Shown here one piece after another: positions 17,363-27,315 of a stretch of DNA of 64,000 nt. Source of the stretch: Acutalibacteraceae bacterium (GTDB taxonomy: Bacteria; Bacillota; Clostridia; Oscillospirales; Acutalibacteraceae); the NCBI GenBank assembly GCA_045546915.1, contig JAZQDU010000008.1:34291-98290 (forward strand), written 5' to 3'. Position 1 is the first letter of the stretch. Every line of letters starts with the position of its first letter. The notes beneath the pieces are model-generated. The model made no database searches and was not told where the DNA came from. It was given only the letters and a program-made list of their open reading frames with translations. Made by a program: the position numbers and the translations under genes.

Positions 17363-17583
17363 ACCTTGAACTTGGGAAAAATTAATTTTAAGAGGTGAGA
17401 GTTTAATGGACGCAGGCAGTAGTATTGGTATTGAGCCGCGAGGGATTTTTTTGGAAAACGGCATGCGTCTGTTTTTCTCTTGATTTAAAAATCACCTTGC
17501 CTTAATACCGGATGGGAAGTCGTGTTTGGCGGTTTCTCATCTTCTTATTTGCCTAAAATTTCAACAAATAAGGAGTAGGTGTT
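17363..17583 (+). promoter_or_regulatory. Long structured 5' leader of mgtE; possible Mg2+-responsive (M-box-like) element
   Basis: The ~220-nt untranslated leader contains AGAGGTGAGAG (compare the M-box GGUGAGG), GACGCA/TGCGTC and AAGAG/CTCTT pairings, and a downstream TCACCT that can pair with AGGTGA. The match to M-box is only partial by eye. Confidence 0.35.
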
Positions 17584-18948
17584 ATGGAGGAAATAGAAGT
17601 TTTTGTTTTAGAGGTTAAAAAACTTTTGCAAGAACGCAGTTTTGTAAATCTCAGGGCGTTGTTGCAGGACCTCAATCCCGCTGATATAGCGGCTTTATTC
17701 GAGTATACGGAGGCAAAAGAAGTTCCGCTTTTGTTTCGCATTTTGCCAAAGGAACTGGCGAATGAGGTTTTTGCTTATCTTGATAATGACAAGCAGGAAT
17801 TACTCATTAAAAGTTTTAACGACCACGAACTTAAAGAGGTTATTGCCGACCTTTTTCTTGATGATACGGTTGATATCATTGAAGAAATGCCGGCTAAGGT
17901 CGTAGCACGAATTTTACAGGCAGCCGACCCCGCGTTAAGGCGTCAAATCAACGAACTGTTAAAATACCCCGAAGACAGTGCGGGTAGTGTTATGACGGTT
18001 GAATATGTATCGTTGCATAAGGATAGTACCATTGCCGAGGCGTTTAAAAAGATACGCAGAGAAAGTATCAATAAAGAAACGGTTTATACCTGCTATGTTA
18101 CCGAAAACCGTAAACTTATAGGTACGGTATCGGTAAAAGACTTGCTTTTGGCTAAAGAGGAACAATTGGTATCCGATGTAATGGAGACCAACGTAATATA
18201 TGTTGATGCTTATGAGGATAAAGAAGAGGTTGTAAAAACCTTCTCAAAATATGACGTTTTGGCGTTGCCCGTTGTCGACAACGAGCAGAGGATAGTAGGT
18301 ATAATCACGGTTGACGATGCCATTGACGTTTTAGAAGCAGAGGTAACCGAAGACATTGAAAAAATGGCGGCTATTACCTCGACCGACCGTCCTTATATCA
18401 AGACGAGTGCTTTTTGTATTTGGAAGAGCCGTATACCATGGCTTTTGTTGCTTATGCTTTCGGCAACGCTTACCGGCAGTATTATCAGTTCGTTTGAAGA
18501 TGCATTGACGGCATTTCCTATATTGGTTGCATTTATTCCTATGCTTATGGGTACCGGAGGTAATGCAGGCGGACAGTCGTCGGTAACCGTAATACGCGGA
18601 ATTGCGGTAGGAGAAATAGGACTTAAAGATATATTTAAGGTACTGAGAAAAGAATTTTGCGTTGCACTGCTTTGCGGTGTCACTTTGGCTGTAGCAAATC
18701 TTTTAAAAATTATACTGGTAGATAATCTTTTGTTGCACGAAGGTGTGACGATGGGTGAAACTATGGTTGTAAGCATAACGCTGATAATCACAGTTTTTGC
18801 CGCAAAAATTATAGGTTGCACGTTGCCTATACTTGCAAAAGCCTTAAAACTCGACCCCGCTGTTATGGCAAGTCCGTTTATAACTACAATAGTTGATGCT
18901 TTATCTCTTGCCGTTTATTTCTTTGTTGCGGCTAAAATATTGTTTTAA
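17584..18948 (+). CDS. mgtE: Magnesium transporter MgtE
   Basis: N-domain, tandem CBS region and C-terminal TM domain with ..MLMGTGGNAGGQS... AAGGAG RBS. Confidence 0.9.
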   Translation: MEEIEVFVLEVKKLLQERSFVNLRALLQDLNPADIAALFEYTEAKEVPLLFRILPKELANEVFAYLDNDKQELLIKSFNDHELKEVIADLFLDDTVDIIEEMPAKVVARILQAADPALRRQINELLKYPEDSAGSVMTVEYVSLHKDSTIAEAFKKIRRESINKETVYTCYVTENRKLIGTVSVKDLLLAKEEQLVSDVMETNVIYVDAYEDKEEVVKTFSKYDVLALPVVDNEQRIVGIITVDDAIDVLEAEVTEDIEKMAAITSTDRPYIKTSAFCIWKSRIPWLLLLMLSATLTGSIISSFEDALTAFPILVAFIPMLMGTGGNAGGQSSVTVIRGIAVGEIGLKDIFKVLRKEFCVALLCGVTLAVANLLKIILVDNLLLHEGVTMGETMVVSITLIITVFAAKIIGCTLPILAKALKLDPAVMASPFITTIVDALSLAVYFFVAAKILF

Positions 18949-18950
18949 AA

Positions 18951-18997
18951 ATTCTCCCTGTTAGGATGTTTATCATGCCTTGCAGGGAGAATTTGTT
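18951..18997 (+). terminator. Probable intrinsic terminator
   Basis: ATTCTCCCTG / CAGGGAGAAT stem with a long loop and a weak T-run. Confidence 0.5.
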
Positions 18998-18998
18998 A

Positions 18999-19026
18999 TT
19001 GACAAAATTCGATAAAATGGTATAAT
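18999..19026 (+). promoter_or_regulatory. Sigma-A type promoter (TTGACA-16-TGgTATAAT)
   Basis: TTGACA at 18999-19004 and TATAAT at 19021-19026. Confidence 0.65.
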
Positions 19027-19128
19027 ATATTCAAAGTGTTCAAACAAATTTTTAAATATCAAAAAATGAACATTTGTTACACGTAAACAGTCAAATTTAT
19101 GTAATTTTTAGCAAGAAGGGGTATAAAA

Positions 19129-20118
19129 ATGAACATCAAGAGAGTTTTATCATTAGTTATTTGCGTAGTGTTAAGCCTTGTGTGTTTTGCCGGATGCGGT
19201 AAAGGAAAAGAAACAGTGTTGATTTACACAAGTCAAGAGGATTATGTTATTGAAGATTTAAAAGTAAGACTTGAGGAAAAATTTCCCGATTACGATATAG
19301 TTATTGAGTATATGTCGACCGGTGACCATGCTGCAAAACTTCTTGCAGAGGGTAAGGAGACCGACTGCGATATCACTTATGACCTTGAGTATCCTTATAT
19401 GCAGAAGTTGGATGAAAAGGGATTTTTAGCAAATATTACTGAAATCATCGATGTAAATGCGTACGCAAAAGAGTTGCTTGAGAGTGATACTTATATTCCT
19501 CAACTTCGTAACGGCGGTGCGATTATCATCAATACTGAATTGCTTGCCGAAAAAGGTCTTAGTGAGCCTAAAAGTTATCAAGATTTGTTGAATCCTCAGT
19601 ATCGCGGACTTATTTGTATGCCAAGTCCCAAATCGTCGGGCACAGGTTATATGTTCTTACATTCGCTTGTAAATGCTTGGGGCGAGGACGCAGCGTTTAA
19701 TTATTTTGATGCTTTGAGTGAAAATGTTTATCAGTTTACTGCTTCGGGTTCCGGCCCTATTAACGCACTTTTACAAGGTGAGGCTGTAATTGGTCTTGGT
19801 ATGACCAGTGCTGCTGCAAATAAAATTACCGATGCACAGGCACCTTTTAAAATTGTTTTCTTTGAAGAAGGCTCACCTTACTCTATGTACGGACAGGGGA
19901 TAATAGAAGGCAAGCAAGAGAGGGAATGTGTAAAAGAAGTATTTAAGTATTTGGCTGAAGAATATCCTGATATTTTATGTTCTAAATATTTCCCTGAGCG
20001 CATCTTTGAGGAAAAGACGTTCTCGGCACCTAATTATCCCGAAAATATTAAGTATGCCGATATGAGTAATTCCACCCCCGAAGAAAAAGAGAGGTTACTT
20101 GCAAAGTGGAAATATTAA
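19129..20118 (+). CDS. ABC transporter substrate-binding lipoprotein (Fe3+/aminoethylphosphonate/thiamine-like family 1 SBP)
   Basis: Lipobox FAGCG. Size and context fit: it is followed by an ATPase and a fused double permease. Substrate not determinable. Confidence 0.65.
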   Translation: MNIKRVLSLVICVVLSLVCFAGCGKGKETVLIYTSQEDYVIEDLKVRLEEKFPDYDIVIEYMSTGDHAAKLLAEGKETDCDITYDLEYPYMQKLDEKGFLANITEIIDVNAYAKELLESDTYIPQLRNGGAIIINTELLAEKGLSEPKSYQDLLNPQYRGLICMPSPKSSGTGYMFLHSLVNAWGEDAAFNYFDALSENVYQFTASGSGPINALLQGEAVIGLGMTSAAANKITDAQAPFKIVFFEEGSPYSMYGQGIIEGKQERECVKEVFKYLAEEYPDILCSKYFPERIFEEKTFSAPNYPENIKYADMSNSTPEEKERLLAKWKY

Positions 20119-20882
20119 GCAAAAGTAAAAAACTTGAAATAAGAAATCTTTACAAGCGTTACGGTGAAAACGTAACGCTTGATAACGTTAGTTTTGATGT
20201 TTATGACGGTGAGTTTCTGTCTATATTAGGTCCATCGGGCTGTGGAAAAACAACAATTCTCCGCATACTCGTAGGACTTCTTGAACCTACAAGCGGGTCA
20301 GTTTTTGCTGACGGAAAAGATATAACCAAAGCGGCACCAAACGAACGTGGAATGGGCATTGTGTTCCAAAATTTTGCATTGTTTGAAAATATGACGGTAT
20401 TGAAAAACGTTGCTTATGCCCTTAAAATCAATAAGAAAACCAAAGCAAACGCAATTGAAACGGCAAAAGCCATGCTCCAAACAATGGGGCTTTCAGAGCA
20501 TATGAACAAAAAGCCGTCGTCTTTGTCAGGCGGACAGCAGCAGCGTGTCGCGATTGCAAGGACTTTAGTGCTTAATCCCGATATCATTTTGTTTGATGAG
20601 CCGATGAGTGCGCTGGACGTTGATACAAGAATTGCATTAAGGCGCGAACTTAAAGAGATTCAGAAGAAGTATGGTACAACAATGATATACATAACCCACG
20701 ACCAAGAGGAGGCTTTTGCTCTCTCTGACCGTATTATGGTTATGGATAATGCTCGACTTATTCAGCTGGATACTCCGCAGAACATCGTTAAAAACCCTGC
20801 AAACGATTATGTAAAAACCTTTGTTGTTGATAATTTGCAGGCAAAATATGATTCAATTAAAAACTATGTGGGTGACCTCTGA
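20106..20882 (+). CDS. ABC transporter ATP-binding protein
   Basis: Walker A GPSGCGKTT, signature LSGGQQQR, Walker B ILFDEP. The GTG start is uncertain. Confidence 0.85.
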   Translation: MEILSKSKKLEIRNLYKRYGENVTLDNVSFDVYDGEFLSILGPSGCGKTTILRILVGLLEPTSGSVFADGKDITKAAPNERGMGIVFQNFALFENMTVLKNVAYALKINKKTKANAIETAKAMLQTMGLSEHMNKKPSSLSGGQQQRVAIARTLVLNPDIILFDEPMSALDVDTRIALRRELKEIQKKYGTTMIYITHDQEEAFALSDRIMVMDNARLIQLDTPQNIVKNPANDYVKTFVVDNLQAKYDSIKNYVGDL

Positions 20883-22480
20883 TGAAAAGTAGTTTAAAAC
20901 CGGTAAGAAAACGCGGTGTCGAGGTCTATAAGTTAATAATGATGTGCGTTTTTTCCGTTTGCCTTTTGTTGCCTATTGGCAGTATGATTTTAGGCATGAC
21001 GGGGGAAGATTTCGTTAAAGTTTTCACCTCGCACGATATCGGAAAAATTATCGGCAATTCGCTTTTAGTATCGCTTACGGCGACGGCAATAACGGTTGTT
21101 GTTGCATATTTTCTTGCAGTCAGCGTTGAACGAACAACCATAAAAGGCAAGGCTGTTTTTGGTGTTATAATGTTGTTACCGATGCTTGTTCCGTCAATTT
21201 CGCACGGTACGGGGCTTGTAATGTTGTTTGGAAACAGCGGTATAATAACCAAAACATTCGGACTTTCTTCCAATATATACGGTTTTTGGGGAATAGTTGC
21301 AGGTTCATTTCTCTATTCTTGTCCGGTTGCTTTTATAATGCTTCGAGATATTATGCGTTATGAAAACGGGTCACCGTACGAGGCTGCTACAATTTTAGGC
21401 ATACCCAAATGGCGTAGGTTTACCGGAATAACGCTTCCGTTTTTGAGAAAGCCCTTAATTTCGGTGGTTTTTTCGGTTTTCACTTTGGTTGTTACCGATT
21501 ATGGCGTGCCTGTAACGGTTGGCGGAAAGTATAAAACTATTGCGTCGGTTATGTATCAGGACGTTATCGGACAAAGTAATTTCGGCAAGGGCACCGTTTA
21601 TGGTGTAATGTTGCTTGTGCCCGCAATATTGGCATTTGTTATTGACTTTTTAAATAAAGACAAAGGCAATATGGGTTATGTTACAACCAAGGTCACACCG
21701 TCTAAAAGCATTGTGGCAAAGGCTGCCGCATACGGTCTTTGCAGCGTTGTAAGTGTGTTTATTCTTTTGCCTATTGTGTCGTTTTTAGTGTTGGGATTTT
21801 CTAAAAGATATCCTAACGATAAAAGTTTTTCGTTTGATAATTTTAAAAACGTTTTTAAGTCAAAAGGTGATGAATATCTGCTCAATTCAGTGCTAATTGC
21901 ACTTGCGGTGGCTTTAATAGGTGTTACAATTGCTTTCATAACGGCATATTTTACCGCAAGAGCAAAAGGCGGGTTATCTAAAGCCTTGCACCTGATATCA
22001 ATAACGGCCATGGCTGTACCCGGTATAGTGTTGGGACTTTCGTATGTTATTTTTTATAAAGGAAGTTTTGTTTACGGCACAGTGATTATTTTAATTATGG
22101 TAAACATTGTTCACTTTATAGCCTCGCCGTACCTTATGATGTATAATTCGTTTGCCAAGATAAATGAAAATCTTGAAGAGGTCGGTCAAACTTTGGGCAT
22201 TGGCAGATTTAGAATGGTAAAAGATGTTTTACTGCCGCAAAGTATTTCAACCTTGGCTGAAATGTTTTTGTACTTTTTCGTAAACAGTATGATGACCATA
22301 TCTGCAGTATCGTTCCTCTCAACCGCTGCAACCAAACCCATTTCGCTTATGATAAACCAGTTTAACGATTTGGGTAAATTTGGTAATGTTGGTGTTGTGT
22401 CGTTGCTGATATTGGTAATAAACCTTACCCTTCATGCAGTGATAGCGTTGGTAAAATTCAGGTTAAAAAAGGCAAAATAA
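20882..22480 (+). CDS. ABC transporter permease (two fused permease domains, FbpB/ThiP-like)
   Basis: 532 aa, ~12 predicted TM segments, with two BPD-transporter-like halves. Confidence 0.75.
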   Translation: MKSSLKPVRKRGVEVYKLIMMCVFSVCLLLPIGSMILGMTGEDFVKVFTSHDIGKIIGNSLLVSLTATAITVVVAYFLAVSVERTTIKGKAVFGVIMLLPMLVPSISHGTGLVMLFGNSGIITKTFGLSSNIYGFWGIVAGSFLYSCPVAFIMLRDIMRYENGSPYEAATILGIPKWRRFTGITLPFLRKPLISVVFSVFTLVVTDYGVPVTVGGKYKTIASVMYQDVIGQSNFGKGTVYGVMLLVPAILAFVIDFLNKDKGNMGYVTTKVTPSKSIVAKAAAYGLCSVVSVFILLPIVSFLVLGFSKRYPNDKSFSFDNFKNVFKSKGDEYLLNSVLIALAVALIGVTIAFITAYFTARAKGGLSKALHLISITAMAVPGIVLGLSYVIFYKGSFVYGTVIILIMVNIVHFIASPYLMMYNSFAKINENLEEVGQTLGIGRFRMVKDVLLPQSISTLAEMFLYFFVNSMMTISAVSFLSTAATKPISLMINQFNDLGKFGNVGVVSLLILVINLTLHAVIALVKFRLKKAK

Positions 22481-22545
22481 AAAAATCCTCGAACTAACGC
22501 TCACGCCCCATAGGGCGTGGGCAAAACGTTCGAGGATTTTTAGTT
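22481..22545. terminator. Bidirectional intrinsic terminator
   Basis: AAAAATCCTCGAAC ... GTTCGAGGATTTTT outer stem with an inner ACGCCC/GGGCGT hairpin, between convergent genes. Confidence 0.8.
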
Positions 22546-22552
22546 TTAAAAA

Positions 22553-23932
22553 TTAAAAATCAAGTTTCGACTTGATAAAAGCACCAAGTTCTTCTATTTT
22601 AACACGTTCTTGTTGCATCGTATCGCGGTCACGAATGGTAACGCATCCATCGGTTTCCGACTCAAAGTCATAAGTAATGCAGAACGGCGTGCCGATTTCG
22701 TCCTGACGGCGGTAACGCTTGCCAATAGAACCTGCGTCGTCAAAATCAATCATATAATCTTTGCAGAGCATATCGCGAACCTTGCTTGCTTGCTCGGAAA
22801 GTTTCTTCGAAAGGGGAAGAACAGCAGCCTTGAAAGGTGCTAATGCGGGATGCAAGTGAAGTACTACACGTACGTCGTTCCTTTCGGCGTCGACAACCTC
22901 TTCGTCATAAGCGTCGCAAAGGAAAGCAAGCAATACGCGGTCACAACCCAAAGACGGCTCAACAACGTAAGGAATATATTTCTCGTTGGTTTCGGGGTCG
23001 AAGTATTCTAAAGTTTTACCGCTGGCTTCCTGATGACGGCCAAGGTCGTAATTAGTACGGTCAGCAATACCCCAAAGCTCGCCCCATCCAAACGGGAAAA
23101 GGAACTCGATATCGGTAGTAGCCTTAGAATAGAAAGAAAGTTCTTCCTTTTCATGGTCGCGCATACGGATATTTTCTTCCTTTATGCCAAGGTTCAAGAG
23201 CCAATTTTTGCAATAATCTTTCCAGTAATAGAACCACTCAAGGTCTGTATTGGGTTTGCAGAAGAACTCACATTCCATCTGTTCAAACTCGCGGGTACGG
23301 AAAATAAAGTTACCGGGAGTGATTTCATTTCTGAACGATTTGCCTATCTGACAAACACCAAAGGGCAATTTTTTACGGGTGGTACGCTGAATGTTTGCAA
23401 AGTTAACAAAAATACCCTGAGCAGTTTCGGGACGGAGGTAAACTTCGTTTTTAACGTCCTCGGTTACACCTATAAAGGTTTTAAACATAAGATTGAATTT
23501 ACGGATATTGGTAAAGTTTTTGCTTCCGCAATCGGGGCAGGCAATACCGTTTTCCTTAATGTATTCTTCCATCTGTTCAAAGTCCATACCTTCGGCATGA
23601 CCGCCGGCGTCTTCAATAAGTTTGTCGGCTCTGTGACGTGCACGGCAATCCTTACAGTCCATAAGAGGGTCAGAAAAACCGCCAACGTGACCGCTGGTCA
23701 CCCAGGTTTCGGGATTCATGATAATAGCCGAATCAAGACCTACGTTATAGGGTGACTCCTGAACAAACTTTTTAAACCATGCTTTTTTTACATTGTTTTT
23801 GAGTTCAACACCTAAAGGGCCGTAGTCCCAACTGTTGGAAAGACCTCCGTAAATTTCTGAACCGGCATAAACAAATCCACGGTTTTTGGCAAGATTAACA
23901 ACAGTTTCCATGTTTTTGTCTTGATTTAACAT
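22553..23932 (-). CDS. glyQS: Glycine--tRNA ligase (dimeric class II GlyQS type)
   Basis: ..[31 protein letters not shown].. is the hallmark N-terminus. GGAGG lies 7 nt before the ATG at 23932. Confidence 0.9.
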   Translation of the reverse strand: MLNQDKNMETVVNLAKNRGFVYAGSEIYGGLSNSWDYGPLGVELKNNVKKAWFKKFVQESPYNVGLDSAIIMNPETWVTSGHVGGFSDPLMDCKDCRARHRADKLIEDAGGHAEGMDFEQMEEYIKENGIACPDCGSKNFTNIRKFNLMFKTFIGVTEDVKNEVYLRPETAQGIFVNFANIQRTTRKKLPFGVCQIGKSFRNEITPGNFIFRTREFEQMECEFFCKPNTDLEWFYYWKDYCKNWLLNLGIKEENIRMRDHEKEELSFYSKATTDIEFLFPFGWGELWGIADRTNYDLGRHQEASGKTLEYFDPETNEKYIPYVVEPSLGCDRVLLAFLCDAYDEEVVDAERNDVRVVLHLHPALAPFKAAVLPLSKKLSEQASKVRDMLCKDYMIDFDDAGSIGKRYRRQDEIGTPFCITYDFESETDGCVTIRDRDTMQQERVKIEELGAFIKSKLDF

Positions 23933-24049
23933 ATCCAAACCTCCATATTAACGCAAAAATCATATAGAATAAGTATATAACTTTTTTAGGTTTTGTCAAG
24001 AAATATCGGCTAATTTTAGACATAAAATCTCTTTATGTGTTTGTCGAGT

Positions 24050-24078
24050 TTGACTTTTCAAATATAATGTTATATAAT
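24050..24078 (+). promoter_or_regulatory. Sigma-A type promoter (TTGACT-17-TATAAT)
   Basis: TTGACT at 24050-24055 and TATAAT at 24073-24078. Confidence 0.65.
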
Positions 24079-24149
24079 AAATTCGGTTATTTACATTTAT
24101 TGATGTGTAAAGATGAGTGGATTAATCCTTTCGAAAGGCGGTGTGACCT

Positions 24150-25502
24150 GTGCAGTTGCTTGTTAAGTTTAGAAATACTTTAATGTTCTTTTTAAAGGCA
24201 CTTATGGTCTTTACGCTTACGGCAGGCTTTTTGGGTGTGTGGAAGAATTATTACAGTGAAGTTCGTGCCGGACTTGGAAATTATGCTGTTGTTTTCGTTT
24301 ATGTTGTAATATTTTTAATATTCGGTTCGATATATGACGGCTTTAAGGTCGGTATAGTCAGAGTGCACGAGATGTCGTACAGTCTGTCTTTAGCACTTTT
24401 GTTTTCCAATTTCATTATTTACATAGTTTTAAGCCTTATTGCGGGTAAAATTTTAGCCCCATGGGCTATGATGGTTCTTATGGTTGTTCAGGTTGCAATG
24501 ATAGTTGTGTTGACTTATACTTTGAGTCATGTGTATTATGCACTGTATAAGGCAAGAAGGGTTTTAGCGGTTTTTGCCGTCGAAAACCGTAATGACATCA
24601 TTAAGAAAATGCAACTTATACGCGATAGGTTTATTCTTGATAAGGGTATTACAATAGACCGGTCTATTGATGAAATCAAGGCTGAGATAGATAAATTTGA
24701 TACTGTGTTAATCTGCGATTTTGACCCATCGTTAAAGGCTGAGTTGCTTAAATATTGCTACGCAAACAATAAGCGAATTTACTTTTTACCGTCATCGACC
24801 GATACAGTTTTAAACGGTAGTTATCCTGTGCAGATATTTGATACACCGGTCTTGTTTTTGCATAACGGCGGCTTTTCTATGGAACAGAGAATGATAAAAC
24901 GTGCTGTTGATGTTTTGCTTTCGTCTATCGGAATAATAATTTTAAGCCCTATTATGCTTTTGACGGCACTTGCTATTAAAATTGACGATGGCGGTCCGGT
25001 GATTTTTAAACAGAAAAGAGTAACCAGAAATCAGAGGATATTTAATATATACAAATTCCGTTCAATGAAGGAAAGTAAGACTGATGAGGTTAAAAAAACT
25101 ACCGTTGACGATGACCGCGTGACGAGGGTTGGCAAGATTATTCGACCGCTTAGAATTGATGAAATGCCACAGTTATTTAACATTTTGTTTGGCGATATGT
25201 CGGTCGTGGGTCCGAGACCTGAAATGGTGGAACTTGTTGAAGATTATTCAAAACTTTTCCCCGATTTTAGATTGCGTCACAGGGTAAAGGCAGGTCTTAC
25301 GGGATACGCTCAAATATACGGCAAATATAATACAACTCCTCAGAATAAACTTAATATGGACCTGCATTATATTGAGCATTATTCGTTGCTTGAAGACATT
25401 AGGCTTATTGCTATGACGGTTAAAATTTTATTTGTAAGAGAGAGTACCGAAGGCTTTTCGGAAGCCGACAGTCGCCTTAAAGCGAAAAATAAAGACCAAT
25501 AA
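24150..25502 (+). CDS. Polyprenyl-phosphate sugar phosphotransferase (bacterial sugar transferase, WbaP/EpsL-like priming enzyme)
   Basis: N-terminal TM block, then the C-terminal ..PVIFKQKRVT....FNIYKFRSM....DEMPQLFNIL.GDMS.VGPRP.. signature. Start uncertain (GTG 24150 or ATG 24183). Confidence 0.85.
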   Translation: MQLLVKFRNTLMFFLKALMVFTLTAGFLGVWKNYYSEVRAGLGNYAVVFVYVVIFLIFGSIYDGFKVGIVRVHEMSYSLSLALLFSNFIIYIVLSLIAGKILAPWAMMVLMVVQVAMIVVLTYTLSHVYYALYKARRVLAVFAVENRNDIIKKMQLIRDRFILDKGITIDRSIDEIKAEIDKFDTVLICDFDPSLKAELLKYCYANNKRIYFLPSSTDTVLNGSYPVQIFDTPVLFLHNGGFSMEQRMIKRAVDVLLSSIGIIILSPIMLLTALAIKIDDGGPVIFKQKRVTRNQRIFNIYKFRSMKESKTDEVKKTTVDDDRVTRVGKIIRPLRIDEMPQLFNILFGDMSVVGPRPEMVELVEDYSKLFPDFRLRHRVKAGLTGYAQIYGKYNTTPQNKLNMDLHYIEHYSLLEDIRLIAMTVKILFVRESTEGFSEADSRLKAKNKDQ

Positions 25503-25521
25503 ACCTTTAGGAGGTATTTTT

Positions 25522-26388
25522 ATGGATATGACACTTGTAGTTATGGCTGCAGGCATGGGTAGCCGTTTTGGTGGGCTTAAGCAGGTTGCTGCGGTTGGCC
25601 CTAACGGTGAGGCTATACTTGACTTTTCGGTTTATGATGCGAAAAGAGCCGGATTTAGTAAGGTTGTGTTTGTTATTAAACACAGTATCGAACAAGAATT
25701 TAAAAGTACTGTTGGAAAACGAGTAGAAAAAATTCTCCCTGTTGAGTATGTTTTCCAAGAACTTGATGACCTCCCACATGGATTTACCGTACCCGAAGGA
25801 AGAGAAAAGCCTTGGGGTACAGGCCAGGCAATTCTTTGCTGTAAAGATGTTGTAAAAACACCGTTTGCCGTTATCAACGCTGACGATTTTTACGGAACTT
25901 CGGCTTTTACAAAAATTGCAGAAGGTCTTAAGGGTGACGGATATTGCATGGTTGGATTTAAACTTTGCAATACTGTAACTGAAAACGGTACCGTTTCGCG
26001 CGGTGTTTGTTCGGTTGATGATGACGGTAATTTACAGAATGTTACCGAATACACAAAAATTGACGGCAACTGCCACTATTTTGCTGATGATAATGAGGGT
26101 GACCTTGCACCTGATACGGTCGTTTCAATGAATATGTGGGGCTTTAAACCTGACCTTTTTGAGTATCTTGCGTCAGAATTTGTTATATTTCTTAACGAAA
26201 AGCGTGAAGTTCCTAAAGCCGAATTTTTGTTGCCGGAGGTCGTTGACAAACTTATCAAAAACGGCACCAAAAAAGCAAAAGTGCTGGTTGCTGAGGATAA
26301 GTGGTACGGTGTAACATATAAGGAAGACCTTGATAATGTTGTAAATGCAGTAAAAGCATTTTGTGATGAAGGAAAATATAAATTTTAA
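25522..26388 (+). CDS. Sugar-phosphate nucleotidyltransferase family protein
   Basis: N-terminal VVMAAGMGSRFGG.KQ nucleotide-binding motif. AGGAGG RBS. Confidence 0.7.
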   Translation: MDMTLVVMAAGMGSRFGGLKQVAAVGPNGEAILDFSVYDAKRAGFSKVVFVIKHSIEQEFKSTVGKRVEKILPVEYVFQELDDLPHGFTVPEGREKPWGTGQAILCCKDVVKTPFAVINADDFYGTSAFTKIAEGLKGDGYCMVGFKLCNTVTENGTVSRGVCSVDDDGNLQNVTEYTKIDGNCHYFADDNEGDLAPDTVVSMNMWGFKPDLFEYLASEFVIFLNEKREVPKAEFLLPEVVDKLIKNGTKKAKVLVAEDKWYGVTYKEDLDNVVNAVKAFCDEGKYKF

Positions 26389-26394
26389 GTAGTG

Positions 26395-26949
26395 ATGGTT
26401 TTGGAAAAATATATCAATGAAATAAAATGTGCCGTAACCGAACTTTTAGAGGTCGCGAATCTCAAGAAGGGTGATGTATTGGTAGTAGGTTGTTCAACAA
26501 GTGAAATTGTCGGCAGTAAAATCGGTACAAACTCAGTGCCGGAAGTTGCCGAAACTGTGTGCGGTGCCATAAACGACATTCTTTCACAAAAGGGGATATA
26601 CCTTGCGGCACAGTGCTGTGAACACCTTAACCGTGCACTTATAGTAGAAGAAGAACTTGCAAAGGCTAAAGGGTGGGACATAGTTAATGTAGTTCCGCAA
26701 CCTAAGGCAGGCGGCTCGTTTGCAACTGCGGCGTATAAATTATTTGAAAATGCGGTGGCAGTTGAAACAATAAAGGCAGATGCAGGCATTGACATCGGTC
26801 AAACGCTTATAGGTATGCATTTAAAGTCGGTTGCCGTTCCTGTAAGGCTTGTACAAAAAACGGTCGGTGAGGCTATTCTTTCGGCCGCCAGGGTAAGACC
26901 TAAGTTTATAGGTGGTTGCAGAGCAGTATATAATGAAAATTTAATGTAA
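26395..26949 (+). CDS. UPF0340 / TIGR01440 (DUF436) family protein
   Basis: ..GDVLVVGCSTSEI.G..IG.. and ..AAQCCEHLNRALI.E.. strings are characteristic of this family. Confidence 0.7.
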   Translation: MVLEKYINEIKCAVTELLEVANLKKGDVLVVGCSTSEIVGSKIGTNSVPEVAETVCGAINDILSQKGIYLAAQCCEHLNRALIVEEELAKAKGWDIVNVVPQPKAGGSFATAAYKLFENAVAVETIKADAGIDIGQTLIGMHLKSVAVPVRLVQKTVGEAILSAARVRPKFIGGCRAVYNENLM

Positions 26950-26992
26950 AAAAAACGCGTTGTTCGTACGAACAAGGCGTTTTTTGTTTTAT
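26948..26992. terminator. Bidirectional intrinsic terminator
   Basis: AAAAAAAACGCGTTGTTCGTACGAACAAGGCGTTTTTTG. Confidence 0.8.
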
Positions 26993-27315
26993 TATTCGGG
27001 TTTTGTTTCAACTTCAATTGAAACGGTGCCCCACAGTTCTAAAATATCACTGATTGTAAGTTCTGAAGAACTGCTTTCGGTTGAAGAACCGGAAGAACCA
27101 TCTTTTGAAGATTCAGATGATGGAGTGTCAGAAGAGGTATTTGATGTTGTATCAGAATCAGTACCTTCTGTTGTAGTGCCTGATGATGAATTGTCGGATG
27201 TTGTGCTTTCGGTCGATTCAACAGTTGAATTGCTGTCGGTGTTGTCGGCGTTGCAACCAACAAACAGGCCGAAAACCAACAATATTGAAAGAAGTAAAAT
27301 TATAACTTTATTCAT
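26992..27315 (-). CDS. Small Ser/Thr-rich secreted lipoprotein
   Basis: AGGAG RBS. Signal peptide plus lipobox LFVGC. About 70 aa of low-complexity S/T/D/E sequence. Confidence 0.65.
   Translation of the reverse strand: MNKVIILLLSILLVFGLFVGCNADNTDSNSTVESTESTTSDNSSSGTTTEGTDSDTTSNTSSDTPSSESSKDGSSGSSTESSSSELTISDILELWGTVSIEVETKPE

Noticed and set aside
19027-19128. Possible hairpin or operator in the ABC-transporter leader (TGTTCAAACAAAT ... ATGAACATTTGTT)
   Set aside because: The complementary halves are in the same order rather than inverted, so they do not form a simple stem. No recognisable riboswitch motifs are present.
23933-24149. Expected T-box leader upstream of glyQS
   Set aside because: A TTGACA-16-TATACT promoter on the minus strand (about 23973-24001) leaves only a ~35-40-nt leader. 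No AGAGA/GGUGNGA or UGGUACCGCG motifs are present.
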